A stretch of 64,000 bases of DNA from Mobula birostris (Eukaryota): assembly GCF_030028105.1 (NCBI RefSeq), contig NC_092383.1:97549604-97613603 (forward strand). Direction: 5' to 3'. Made by a program: the position numbers and the translations under genes. This document shows positions 1 to 11,630 of the stretch, in pieces; within the stretch, counting starts at the first letter, position 1; each line of letters opens with the position of its first letter. The notes under the pieces are model-generated. The model saw only the letters and a program-made list of their open reading frames with translations. It did no database searches and was not told where the DNA came from.

Positions 1-1402
1 GGATGGGCAAGGGGTATACTGAGAGGGTCAGAGGGAGAAAAGAGAGAGAAAAAGAATGGGTGTATATAAATAAATAAATGACGGATGGGGTATGAGGGGG
101 AAGTGGGGCATTAGTGGAAGTTTGATTAGTCAATGTTCATGCCACCAGGTTGGAGGCTACCCAGACAGAATATAAGGTGTTGTTCTTCCAACCTGAGTGT
201 GGCTTAATCTTTACAGTAGAGGAGGCCGTGGACAGACATATCAGAATGGGAATGGGACGTGGAATTAAAATGTGTGGCCACTGGGAGATCCTGCTTTCTC
301 TGGCCGACAGAGCGTAGGTGTTCAGCGAAGTGATCTCCCAGTCTGTGTCAGCTCTCGCCAATATATAGAAGGCAGCATCGGGAGCACCGGACGCAGTATA
401 TCACCCTAGCCGACTCACAGGTGAAGTGTCGCCTCACCTTAAAGGACTGTCTGGGGCCCTGAATGGTAGTGAGGGAGGAAGTGTCAGGGCATATGCAGCA
501 CTTGTTCCGCTTACAAGGATAAGTGCTAGGAGAGAGATCAGTGGGGAGGGATGGGGGGGGGGAACGAATGGACCAGGGAGTCACGAAGGGAGCAATCCCT
601 GCAGAAAGCAGAGAGTGGGAGAGGGAAAGATGTGCTTAGTGGTGGGATCCCATTGGAGGTGGCGGAAGTTACGGAGAATAATATGTTGGACCCGCAGGCT
701 GGTGGGGTGGTAGGTGAGGGCCAGGGGAACCCTATTCCTAGTGGGGTGGCGGGTGGATGGAGTGAGAGCAGATGTGCGTGAAATGGGGGAGATGCGTTTG
801 AGAGCAGAGTTGATGGTGGAGGAACGGAAGCCCCTTTCTTTAAAAAAGGAGGACATCTCCTTCGTCCTGGAATGAAAAGCCTCATTTTGAGAGCAGATGC
901 GGCAGAGATGGAAGAATTGCGAGAAGGGGATGGCATTTTTGCAAGAGACAGGGTGGGAAGAGGAATAGTCCAGATAGCTGTGAGAGTCAGTAGGCTTATA
1001 GTAGACATCAGTAGATAAGCTGTCTCCAGACATAGAGACAAAAAGATCTAGAAAGGGGAGGGAGGTGTCGGAAATGGACCAGGTAAACTTGAGGGCAGGG
1101 TGAAAGTTGGAGGCAAGGTTAATGAAGTCAACGAGCTCAGCATGCGTGCAGGAAGCAACGCCAATGTAGTCGTTGATGTAGCAAAGGAAAAGTGGGGGAC
1201 AGATACCAGAATAGGTTTGTAACATAGATTGTTCCACAAAGCCAACAAAAAGTCAGGCATAGCTGGGACCCATACGGGTGCCCATGGCTACACCTTTAGT
1301 TTGGAGGAAGTGGGAGGAGCCAAAGGAGAAATTATTAAGAGTAAGGACAAATTCCGCTAGACGGAGCAGAGTGGTGGTAGAGGGGAACTGGTTAGGTCTG
1401 GA
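1..1402 (-). mobile_element. Penelope-like retroelement (RT + GIY-YIG endonuclease), decayed
   Basis: Minus-strand translation gives GVAMGTRMGPSYA, LFLCYINDYIG and TDVYYKPTDSHSYLDYSSSHP (ORF 581-1237), plus the GIY-YIG segment VIYCVRCSRCCLLYIGES (ORF 348-584). Confidence 0.9.
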
Positions 1403-1405
1403 ACC

Positions 1406-2490
1406 CAAAACCGATTCTGGTATCTGGGGGACACTTTTCCTTTGCTACATCGACGACTATATTGGTGCTGCTTCCTGCATGCATGCTGAGCTTGTTGACT
1501 TCATTAACTTTGCCTCCAACTTTCACCCTGCCCTCAAGTTTACCTGGTCCATTTCTGACACCTCCCTCCCCTTTCTACATCCTTCTGTGTGCATCTCTGG
1601 AGACAGCTTATCTACTGATGTCTACTATAAGCCTACTGACTCTCTCAGCTATCTGAACTACTCCTCTTCTCACCCTGTCTCTTGCAAAAATGCCATCCCC
1701 TTCTCGCAATTCCTCCGTCTACGCCGCATCTGCTCTCAGGATGAGGCTTTTCATTCCAGGACGAAGGAGATGTCCTCCTTTTTGAAAGAAAGGGGCTTCC
1801 TTTCCTCCACCATCAACTCTGTTCTCAAACGCATCTCCCCCATTTCACACACATCTGCTATCACTCCATCCTCCCGCCACCCCACTAGGAATAGGGTTCC
1901 CCTTGTCCTCAACTACAACCCCACCAGCCTCCGGGTCCAACATATAATTCTCCATAACTTCTGCCACCTCCAACGGGATCCCACCACTAAGCACATCTTT
2001 CCCTCCCCTCCCCATGCTTTCTGCAGGGATCGCTCCCCTCACAACTCCCTGGTCCATTCATTCCCCCCCATCCCTCCCCACTGGTCTCCCTCCTGGCACT
2101 TATCCTTGTAACTGGAACAAGTGCTAGACATGCCCTTACACCTTCTCCCTCACTGCCATTCAGGGCTCCAGACAGTCCTTCCAGGTGAGGTGATACCTCA
2201 CCTGTGAGTCGGCTGGGGTCATATACTGTGTCCGGTGCTCCCGATGCGGCTTTCTAAATATTGGTGTGACCCGACACAGGCTGGGAGGTCATTTTGCTGA
2301 ACACCTACGCTCTGTCGGCCAGAGAAAGCAGTATCTCTCAGTGGCCACACATTTTAATTCCACATCCCATTCCCATTCTGATATGTCTATCCATGGCCTC
2401 CTCTACTGTAAAGATGAAGCCACACTCAGGTTGGAGGAACAACACCTTATATTCCGTCTGGGTAGCCTCCAACCTGGTGGCATGAACATG
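1406..2490 (+). mobile_element. Penelope-like retroelement, second copy inverted relative to the first
   Basis: ORF 1278-2111 contains LFLCYIDDYIG...YYKPTDSLSYLNYSSSHP; ORF 2266-2520 is the GIY-YIG C-terminus (RLEEQHLIFRLGSLQPGGMN). Confidence 0.9.
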
Positions 2491-2712
2491 TCACTTGAAA
2501 AGGCAGCTACAGGCTATTAATCAAGCAAGCTATTAATCTAAACAAACTGCGGGCATATTCTTCAGCGAAAGCAACAGAATTTGTTCACTAAGACACGTAG
2601 GGAGGCACTTAAGTTTTTTAACCCATTATTTACAACAGTCCAAGAATCACATCTTACTTCCCCAACATCCTTAAGGATGTTGCTAGTCATTAAGGACTAG
2701 CTAGAGCTAACT

Positions 2713-2851
2713 CAGTTAGTCCTGACGAAGGGTCTCGTCCCGAAACGTCGACTGTACCTCTCCCTAGAGATGCTGCCTGGCCTGCTGCGTTCTCCAGCAA
2801 CTTTGATGTGTGTTGCTTGAATTTCCAGCATCTGCAGAATTCCTCGTGTTT
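2713..2851 (+). ncRNA. Penelope terminal-repeat fragment with a minimal type I hammerhead ribozyme motif (2718-2753)
   Basis: AGTC-CTGACGA-AGGG(tctcgt)CCC-GAAAC-GTC-GACT: core CUGANGA/GAAA/GUC, helix I AGTC/GACT and a palindromic helix III (ACGT). Confidence 0.7.
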
Positions 2852-3045
2852 ACCTTCTCTCTGAACTTCTTCATCTTCCTCACTTTCAGAGCTCTCTCCA
2901 CTGTCATTTCTTATTCTTTTATTCCCTTTGTCTCGGTTTTCATCCATCCGTCCCCTCACTATCTCATTTACTTTTATTTCTCCCCAGCTGCCTACCCCGA
3001 TCCCAAATCCCTATCCCGCTCCTTCCCCACTATCTCCCTCCCCCC

Positions 3046-4680
3046 AATCGCCTTGTCCGCCATTACCGGACCCGCGCTACCCCCCCCAGCAACTCCCGAA
3101 CCTTCCCCACTCTCTTTTCCTCAACACCCCCCCGTTGTCCGCCATTACCGGGCGCAATTCCCAAACCTTCCCCACTCTCTTTTCCTCAACCCCCCCCCCC
3201 CGTTGTCCGCCATTACCGGGCGCAATTCCCGAACCTTCCCCACTCTCTTTTCCTCAACACCCCCCCGTTGTCCGCCATTACCGGGCGCAATTCCCGAACC
3301 TTCCCCACTCTCTTTTCCTCAACCCCCCCCCCGTTGTCCGCCATTACCGGGCGCAATTCCCGAACCTTCCCCACGCTCTTTTCCTCAACACCCCCCCATC
3401 ATCTTGTCCGCCATTACCGGACCCGCGCGACCCCCCCCCAGCAACTCCAGAACCTTCCCCACTCTCTTTTCCTCAACACCCCCCATCATCTTGTCCGCCA
3501 TTACCGGACCCGCGCTACCCCCCCCCCAGCAACTCCAGAACCTTCCCCACTCTCTTTTCCTCAACACCCCCCCCCCCCCCCCGTTGTCCGCCATTACCGG
3601 GCGCAATTCCCGAACCTTCCCCACGCTCTTTTCCTCAACACCCCCCCATCATCTTGTCCGCCATTACCGGACCCGCGCGACCCCCCCCCCCAGCAACTCC
3701 AGAACCTTCCCCACTCTCTTTTCCTCAACACCCCCCATCATCTTGTCCGCCATTACCGGACCCGCGCTACCCCCCCCCAGCAACTCCAGAACCTTCCCCA
3801 CTCTCTTTTCCTCAACACCCCCCCCCCCCCGTTGTCCGCCATTACCGGGCGCAATTCCCGAACCTTCCCCACGCTCTTTTCCTCAACACCCCCCCATCAC
3901 CTTGTCCGCCATTACCGGACCCGCGCGACCCCCCCCCCCACAGCAATTCCAGAACCTTCCCCACTCTCTTTTCCTCAACACCCCCCCCCCTCGTTGTCCG
4001 CCATTACCGGGCGCAATTCCCGAACCTTCCCCACTCTCTTTTCCTCAACACCCCCCCGTTGTCCGCCATTACCGGACCCGCGCGATCCCCCCCCCCCAGC
4101 AACTCCAGAACCTTCCCCACTCTCTTTTCCTCAACACCCCCCCCCCGTTGTCCGCCATTACCGGGCGCAATTCCCGAACCTTCCCCACTCTCTTGCCGTC
4201 AACACCCCCCCGTTGTCCGCCATTACCGGACCCGCGCGATCCCCCCCCCAGCAACTCCAGAACCTTCCCCACTCTCTTTTCCTCAACACCCCCCCGTTGT
4301 CCGCCATTACCGGGCGCAATTCCCGAACCTTCCCCACTCTCTTGCCGTCAACACCCCCCCCACCATCACCTTGTCCGCCATTACCGGGCGCAATTCCCGA
4401 ACCTTCCCCACTCTCTTTTCCTCAACACCCCCCCCCATCATCTTGTCCGCCATTACCGGACCCGCGCGACCCCCCCCCCACAGCAATTCCCGAACCTTCC
4501 CCACTCTCTTGCCGTCAACACCCCCCCCAATCACCTTGTCCGCCATTACCGGACCCGCGCGACCCCCCCCACAGCAATTCCAGAACCTTCCCCACTCTCT
4601 TTTCCTCAACCCCGCCCCATCATCTTGTCCGCCATTACCGGGCGCAATTCCCGAACCTTCCCCACGCTCTCTCCGTCAAC
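3046..4680. repeat. GC-rich minisatellite, about 21 units of two types (~65 and ~85 bp)
   Basis: Recurrent core ttgtccgccattaccgg...gaaccttccccactctcttttcctcaac, continuing either as gcgcaattccc or as acccgcgc-(c)n-agcaactcca. Confidence 0.95.
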
Positions 4681-5200
4681 AAGTGCCAAGCCACACTCCA
4701 GCATGAGGGAAGAGACCGGGTGAACAATAAGGCCGGGCTGCGGGCTCACTAAATTCCTGCCTTTCCGAAAGCGCTCGCCGGCTGTAACCCATAACCGGAA
4801 ACCCTTCCCGTCGTTTTCTCTCGACAGCCTCCGAGAATCTGGATCGCCCGAAGGCCGGCAGGTGCGGCGCTCTCTCTCCCCAGGATGGTCTCGTCCCTGC
4901 TCTCTGTGGCCGTCTGGGTCGCCTGTGTGGGTAAGGTCACCGGTACTGTAGTGGTTAGAGAGCAGGTTGTACAGCGGTGAGGGAGGGAGTGACCGCGGTG
5001 AGCCTTTCAACGCGCTGTGTGTGATCCGAAAGAGGAGTGATTGACCTCGGCCTCCCTTCACCTTTCCTTCCTCAGCCCCAACCGCAGCCCGAGCTCCGAC
5101 AATCTCAGGCTCATTTTCTCGCCACCATTTCCGAGGTTTAGTTTCGGTGATGGGCTCTGCTTGTGGAGCAGTCAGTGCGTCGGGTGTTCACTGCAGGCGG
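4681..5200. promoter_or_regulatory. CpG-rich unique segment; candidate promoter or first exon (direction unresolved)
   Basis: High CpG density against a CpG-poor background; ETS-like ccggaa near 4795; donor-like gtaagg near 4931. Confidence 0.45.
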
Positions 5201-5251
5201 AAGACCTTTCTGCCCGTCGTGGCATTCTCTGGGTCTGCTAGACCACTACGA

Positions 5252-5672
5252 CAAACAGACTCATTCATAAGGCCAGTGATGTTGTGGGGATGGAACTGGA
5301 CTCTCTGACGGTGGTGTCTGAAAAGAGGATGCTGTCCAAGTTGCATGCCATCTTGGTCAATGTTTCCCATCCACTATATAATGTACTGGGTGGGCACAGG
5401 AGTACATTCAGCCAGAGACTCAGCCCACCGAGATGCAACACAGAGCGTCATAGGAAGTCATTCCTGCCTGTGGCCATCAAACTTTACAACTCCTTCCTTG
5501 GTGGGTCAGACACCCTGAGCCAATAGGCTGGTCCTGGACTTATTTCATAATTTACTGGCATGATTTACTTATTACTATTTAACTATTTATGGTTCTATTG
5601 CTATTTATTATTTATGGTGCAACTGTAACAAAAACCAATTTCCCCCAGGATCAATAAAGTATGACTATGAGA
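5252..5672 (+). mobile_element. Rex1/Babar-type LINE 3' end
   Basis: ORF 5284-5526 (VVSEKRMLSKLHAILVNVSHPL...RHRKSFLPVAIKLYNS), followed by aataaa and a (tatgac) tail. Confidence 0.75.
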
Positions 5673-5889
5673 CTCAAAGCATCCTCCCCTTCCCCCCCCC
5701 CCACCCCGCCTCATTCTCTGGGTCTGCCAGACCACTACTAGAAGCAGACGCAAAGCATCCCCTCCCCACCACCTCACTTTTGCTGAGAAGCCTTGGATTA
5801 TCAGACTCACCCCTCTCTGAAGTGTTCAGAGAGCTCTGTGTTTCTCTCCATAAACTCAATCTCTATCCTCCTCTTTTCCCTTTCACTCT

Positions 5890-6400
5890 CTCTTCCTCCA
5901 TGAGTAATCTAATGATGACAGAAATAATTTACATCTAACTGTAGGGTTGGAGAGAAGTGTTGCAGATGGTGCAAACATTCAGAGAATAATTGTGCTGTGG
6001 ATGTCACTGGCTTTCGATAGATAGATACTTTCCTTACTGATTGTGGTCTGCTAGTCAGGAGGTTAAAGATCGAGTTGCAAAGGGAGGTAGGCGTCTTTAC
6101 TGGATGAGGAGTCAAATGAGGGGACAGGGTGAAGCAGCCCTGTAGGTGGTGCAAGAATTGTTTCTGTAGACTGCAGTGAGGGGGAGAACTCCACACAGCA
6201 GGGAGAAGGAGATGGTTTGGCCAGGGAGGCTGTGGGATGTGGAGGGTGTTCTCCTGTATCCTTCCTGGTGGGAGAGGTGACAGGTTTGCAAGGTCCTGTC
6301 ACAGTAGCTTGGGTGAGTGACTACAGTAGATTTTGCAGATGGTGCACACTGCACAGGATTGTGATATTACGGTTACCTGGCTGACTGGCAGCTCAGTGTT
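5890..6400 (-). mobile_element. Old Rex1/L2-type LINE RT fragment
   Basis: TSLCNSIFNLLTSRPQSVR resembles [17 protein letters not shown] of the 62596-63270 copy. Confidence 0.55.
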
Positions 6401-7129
6401 CCAGGGTACAGATGCTACGGGTATGATCATGGTAGAGGTAAGAGAGGAACAAGAGATGTAATATCGATTAGGGAGAACATCACAAAAATACATAAGCTTC
6501 AGGAGCAGAATTAGGCCATTTGATCTGTCGAGTTTGCTTTGTCATTCAGTTACGTTTCTCCTGACTTCACACTGCAATTCGTAACCCCTTGCCAATCAAG
6601 ATCTCTTACTTAAATAACACCAAAGACCTCCACAGATTTACCACCATCTGTCTGAAGCAATTGCAGAAATGCACCAGGGGTGCATGAAAAGGAGCTACTC
6701 AGGGTGACAACTGAAATTTCAAATGCAGAGTTTCGCAGCAGTTTCTCTGATTTCAGGAGCAACCAGTCAGCAAGAGGCATTGCAGAAAAAGAGCTACCTT
6801 TCAGTCAGGTCTGCGTTCGAGATTTAAAAAGCAGAGCTTCAAGCCAAATCTCTCTGAGTTAGACAATCCACACCAAGGGTGCGTGAAAAGAGCTACTTTG
6901 TAATCAGGGCGGCGATCGAGATTTCAAAGGCAGAGTTTTGTGACAGTTTCTCTGAGTTGAGAGGTGACCAATCAGCAAAAGGCAGTCCTTTTCACCTCTC
7001 TGCTCTTCTGAACCAAAGCACCAGATTCAGTGCTAGACACCGACACCCAGTGGTTTCTGCCTAGTCGTCCATTCTCCTTAAGAGTATCTAAAGTTAGATA
7101 CTTAATATTGAGCAGAACGGCCACAGGTG

Positions 7130-7400
7130 TCCTCTGCACTGTGTTCACTTTGGCTTCTTCTGCTGACAGTCGCCCTGTTACCTGTCTCTTGCAACCTAGA
7201 GGTGACTACCTCCCTGTCACTCCTGTTCATCACCTCCTCATTCTCCTGGATGAGTCGAAGGTCATTGAGCTGCAGTTCCAATTCCTTAATACGTTCAAGA
7301 CCTGCAGTTGGTACACCTGGTGCAGATGCGTTTATCTGGGAGACTGGAGGTGCCTGCCGTCAACCCTTCTTCCCTACAAGCAAATTTATGCTGAAAAATG
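7130..7400 (-). mobile_element. CR1 ORF1 fragment (Cys-rich segment + coiled coil)
   Basis: Minus strand reads ...ICTRC...RIKELELQLNDLRLIQENEEV, homologous to 53683-53877. Confidence 0.55.
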
Positions 7401-8289
7401 AAATGCTGCCAAGCATACAACCCTCACCACTTTCTTCAAATCGGTGTCATTTCCTGCTGCCGGCAGTTCTAAGAGTTCTGTGAGTCTTCCTTCACACGTT
7501 GCTGTGCTTGATATGATCCTGATGACCACAACCATCCACCTTATCCATGTAAAGCTGCCTGACACCACAACAACCACTCATCTCCCAGAGCGAACTCAAC
7601 TGCCACCTTTGGTGAGTACTGTACACCCTAGGATGTTAACTTTCTATGATTTATTACATTGAATATTACCTTAAATTGATGAAATATAATACAAATGTTG
7701 TCTTGTGGTACTGCTTTTGTGTCGTGTTGGTATGAAAATGTGAATAAATTTCACATAAAACATATTTAGGAAGCCCTCTGGAACGCATCCCTATTTTCTC
7801 CATTTAAATAATTATTCATATTATGCGATTTCACATTATGCGTTGACTGCGAGAAACATATCCCCCGCATATGACTAGGATAGGGTGTAATCCAGTGTCC
7901 TCTCTTGCCTCTTTCTTAACCTTTATATACCCCCCCAAAAAATAACCTTTTGGAATCTTATTTTATTGTCTACTGTGGTATTTCATCTTACAGCTACTTA
8001 GGTTGTCCTCAGTTAGGTTTTTACCCTTTTCCCAAACCTCTGGCTTCCCAGAAATCTTTGTCATATTGTATGCCTTCTCTTTTGTTTTTATTCTGCCGGT
8101 GACACTCCCTTGTCAGCGACCATTTCCTCATCCTCCCCTTGGTGTCCTTCTTCCTTGGGATGAAATTCTGCTTTCTCCCAGAAACCCTTGCCATTGCTGC
8201 TGCACTCTCTTCCGTACTGGGACCCCTTCCAGTCAACTCTGGCCACTACTTTCTCATGCATCTGTGGTTATCCTTGTTCATCACAAGGA

Positions 8290-8690
8290 GATGTTGGACA
8301 GGTTAGAACTTTACTTAGTGCATAGGAGACAGAGAGATTTCATAGAGGTGTATGAAATCATGAGGGGCATTGATAGGGTGAATACATTGTCTTTTTTTCT
8401 CACTTCAGGAGAATCAAGAACTCGAGGCATAAGTTTAAATGGTGAGGGGAGTGATTGAAGAGACACTCAAGGGGCAATTTATATACACGATGCGAAGTAT
8501 TGATGTGGAATCAGCTGCCAGAGAAAGTGATTGAGGCAGATAAAATAGCAACTTTTAAAAGTTAGTTGGACAGGTACATGGATTAGAAAGGTTTAAAAGG
8601 TTAAGGGCCAAACATGACAGTTGGGATGAGGCATTTTGGTTGGCTTGAACCAGTTGGATCAAAGTGCCCCCATCTGTGCTGAATGACTCG
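8290..8690 (+). mobile_element. CR1 LINE 3' fragment
   Basis: RRQRDFIEVYEIMRGIDRVN...GESRTRG. Confidence 0.75.
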
Positions 8691-9598
8691 ATAACTAATA
8701 CCATTACATTAGATTTCAGTTTCCCTGAAGCTGCATGGTGAAGTCTATCAGATTGTGATCACTGCCTACTAAGGGTTCTATCTCCTTTAGCTCCCTGATA
8801 GTCTACCTCTTTACGCAATATCCTGACCTAGACATACCTTTTCCCTTGTGCAATCTACCTTATGTCGCTGTGGAAAGCCAGAAATTTGTTTTCCTGGAGT
8901 CTTCTGCCAGCCTGATTTTACCCAGTCTACTCTTGTGGAAGTCTTCCACGATCATTGTAACATTGCCTTTCTCATGTTCCTTTTCTATCTTCTGGGAGAA
9001 AAAGCACATGAGAAGGGCAGTGTTTCTCACATGCCTTTTGTACCCTCATGCTGATTGCTATTATACGCCCTGTACTTAAGTCCCTTCAGGGTCTTGTAAC
9101 CTTTGAAGTTTCTCAACTCTACCCACAAAGATTCTACATCTTCTGATCCTATCATCACTCAGTGCTATGGGTTTAATTTCATCTTTTTTACCGACAGTGC
9201 CACTCCTCCCCTCTGCCTTGCCACCTACCTTTTTGATGGGATGTATATCATTAGATGTTTAGACCCCAGCTCTGACCCTCTTTCAGCCACATCTCCATAG
9301 TGTCCACAAGCTCGTACCCACCAGTTTTGATCATGCTAATACTTGGAGAGTCTATTTCTGGAGGGTCATCCAGTGAGGCTATACATGTACAGCTTATAAG
9401 GGATGATCACTTTGAGGGATGTACTGTGCTGTAGGTCCCAGTAATCAGTGGGAATTAGAGAAGTTACAGATAGCTGTAGGAATAATAGGATTGTTACAGG
9501 TCCCTGATGGAGACTGCGACTGCCACAGTACCAGGGTATTGAATGGGATGGAATTAGTTGAGTGTGTCCAGTAAAGCCTTCTGAAGAAATATATAGAT

Positions 9599-10770
9599 CA
9601 GCAGTCCCCAACCACCAAGCCACAAAGCATGTGCTCCGGGCCGCGAGGCAACGATATGATTTGGCGATATGAAACGATAGGAGTGAGCTGCACCTTTCCT
9701 CATTCCCTGTCACGCCCACTGTTGAACTTGAACGCACTCGAGGTCATTACCCGCGCATCACCAAGTCAGCGCTGGAAGGAGATCAACTCCTCGAGCTTGC
9801 AAATGACGGCGGGCTGAAAAGTATGTTTGACATAACACCTCTGCCGGCATCCTGAATCAAAGTCAAGGCTAAATATCCTGAGATAGCCACGAAAGCACTG
9901 AAAATGTTGCTTCAATTTCCAACATATCTCTGCAATGAATGCAACGAAAACTAAATTGCAGAATAGACTGGACAGAAGGAACCCCTTTCGTGTATCGATG
10001 TCTCCCATCACCCCTCGATAGGACCGTCTTGTTGCAAGAAAACAAGCCCAGGGCTCCCACTGATTCAGCGATATGGTGTGTTGCAATGATTTTATATGTT
10101 CATATGGGGAAAATATGTGCTGTGTGTTTAATATCCAAACGTTACTTAAAATGTTATGATGCTATTGACTTATAAGTGACTTATATAACCATATAACAAT
10201 TACAGCACAGAAATAGGCCATCTCTGCCCTGCTAGTCTGTGCCGAACGCTGGTCTCACCTAGTCCCACCGACCTGCACTCAGCCCATAACCGTCCATTCC
10301 TTTCCTGTCCATTTACCTATCCAATTTTTCTTAAATGATAATAATCGAACCTGCCTCTACCACTTTTACTGGAACTTCGTTCAACACTTACTTCAAACTC
10401 CCCTGTCCTCCCCTGATAATTGACTTATCACTATATTCATGCAAGGAAAATATGCGCTGTATGTTTAATATTAAATTCGTTAGATAAACCATTTTAGAAA
10501 CGAATTTGAGTGTATTAGCCATTTATCACCTATATTCTAGCCGTGATTAACACCCCCCCCACCGAACAGAATCGCCAAAAACAATTTGTAGAAAAAAATA
10601 GGCACGTACATGCATGCGCAAGTCACACATGTGCACAGGTGCCCATGCAAGGCTTATGGTCATGGTAGTCTTGGTAAACACAACATATTTGACTGCTACT
10701 CTTGTCTGTTGGCAACCCTACATCCCCCCGCCCCGGGATCGGCTGGTCTACAAGAATATTGTCAATAATA
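9599..10770 (+). mobile_element. hAT (Buster/Charlie-like) non-autonomous DNA transposon; right end lost; a CR1 tail is nested near 10195-10380
   Basis: TIR-like start cagcagtccccaacc; decayed C-terminal dimerisation domain IKVKAKYPEIATKALKMLLQFPT...SPITPR*DRLVARKQAQGSH. Confidence 0.7.
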
Positions 10771-10944
10771 AACCGGTCCTTATATTGGAAGAGATATCAA
10801 GTCTCATTATATGGGATACTTTTAAAGCATACATCCAGGGTCAAATTATTTCTTATACTGCAAACATCATTAAGAAAGCTAACGAAGAGAGAACTGAACT
10901 AGCTAATCAGTTAAAATAACTGGATCATAAATATGCTTCGGTAT

Positions 10945-11630
10945 TAGATTAGGTTATGAGAGCACTCAGTCCTCTTTTGTTGTCACTTAGAAATGCATAC
11001 AGGCATTAAGAAATGATACAATGTTTCTCCGGAGTGATATCACAGAAAACAGGACAGAAACAGGACAGACCAAAGACTAACACTGACAGAACCACATAAT
11101 TATAACATATAGTTACAGCAGTGCAAAGCAATACCATAATTTGATAAAGAACAGACCATGGGCACAGTAAAAAAAGTCTCAAAGTCCCCGAGTCGATTGA
11201 CTCCCGAGTCCCCAATAGCAGGCGGCAAAAGGGAGAAACTCCCTGCCATAAACCTCCAGGCGCTGTCAACTTGCCGATACCTTGGAAGCAGCTGACCCCA
11301 GCCTACGCTGAGTCCATCTGTCCGAAAACTCCGAGCTTCCGAGCAGCCTCCGGAGCGCCATCCTCTGCCAAGCGCCTTCGACCTCTCCCCGGCTGCTGAA
11401 ACACGCAAAGCCGGGGATTTCGGGGCCTTCAGCTCCGGAGATTCCGGTTACCGCACAATAGCAGCGGCAGCGAAGCGGGCATTTCAGAAGTTCTCCAGAT
11501 GTTCCGCTGTGCTCTCACGTCTGTCTCTATCAAATCAGAATTGTGCACGGTCCCCTACTTGACAGATAAAAGATATTCATCACCGAAGTGGCCGCGCGCG
11601 CTGTTGTCACGCCACCATCTTCTCACCCTG
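10945..11630 (-). mobile_element. ~650-bp non-autonomous retroelement (copy 1 of 4)
   Basis: Homologous to 20990-21600, 58835-59480 and 59530-60120; no coding capacity; taatc-type tail. Confidence 0.7.

Noticed and set aside
3046-4680. CRISPR-like array
   Set aside because: No unique spacers, no cas genes, and the context is vertebrate.
2810-4752. Proline-rich ORFs of 494-637 aa
   Set aside because: They occur in all three plus frames and are produced by a stop-free minisatellite.
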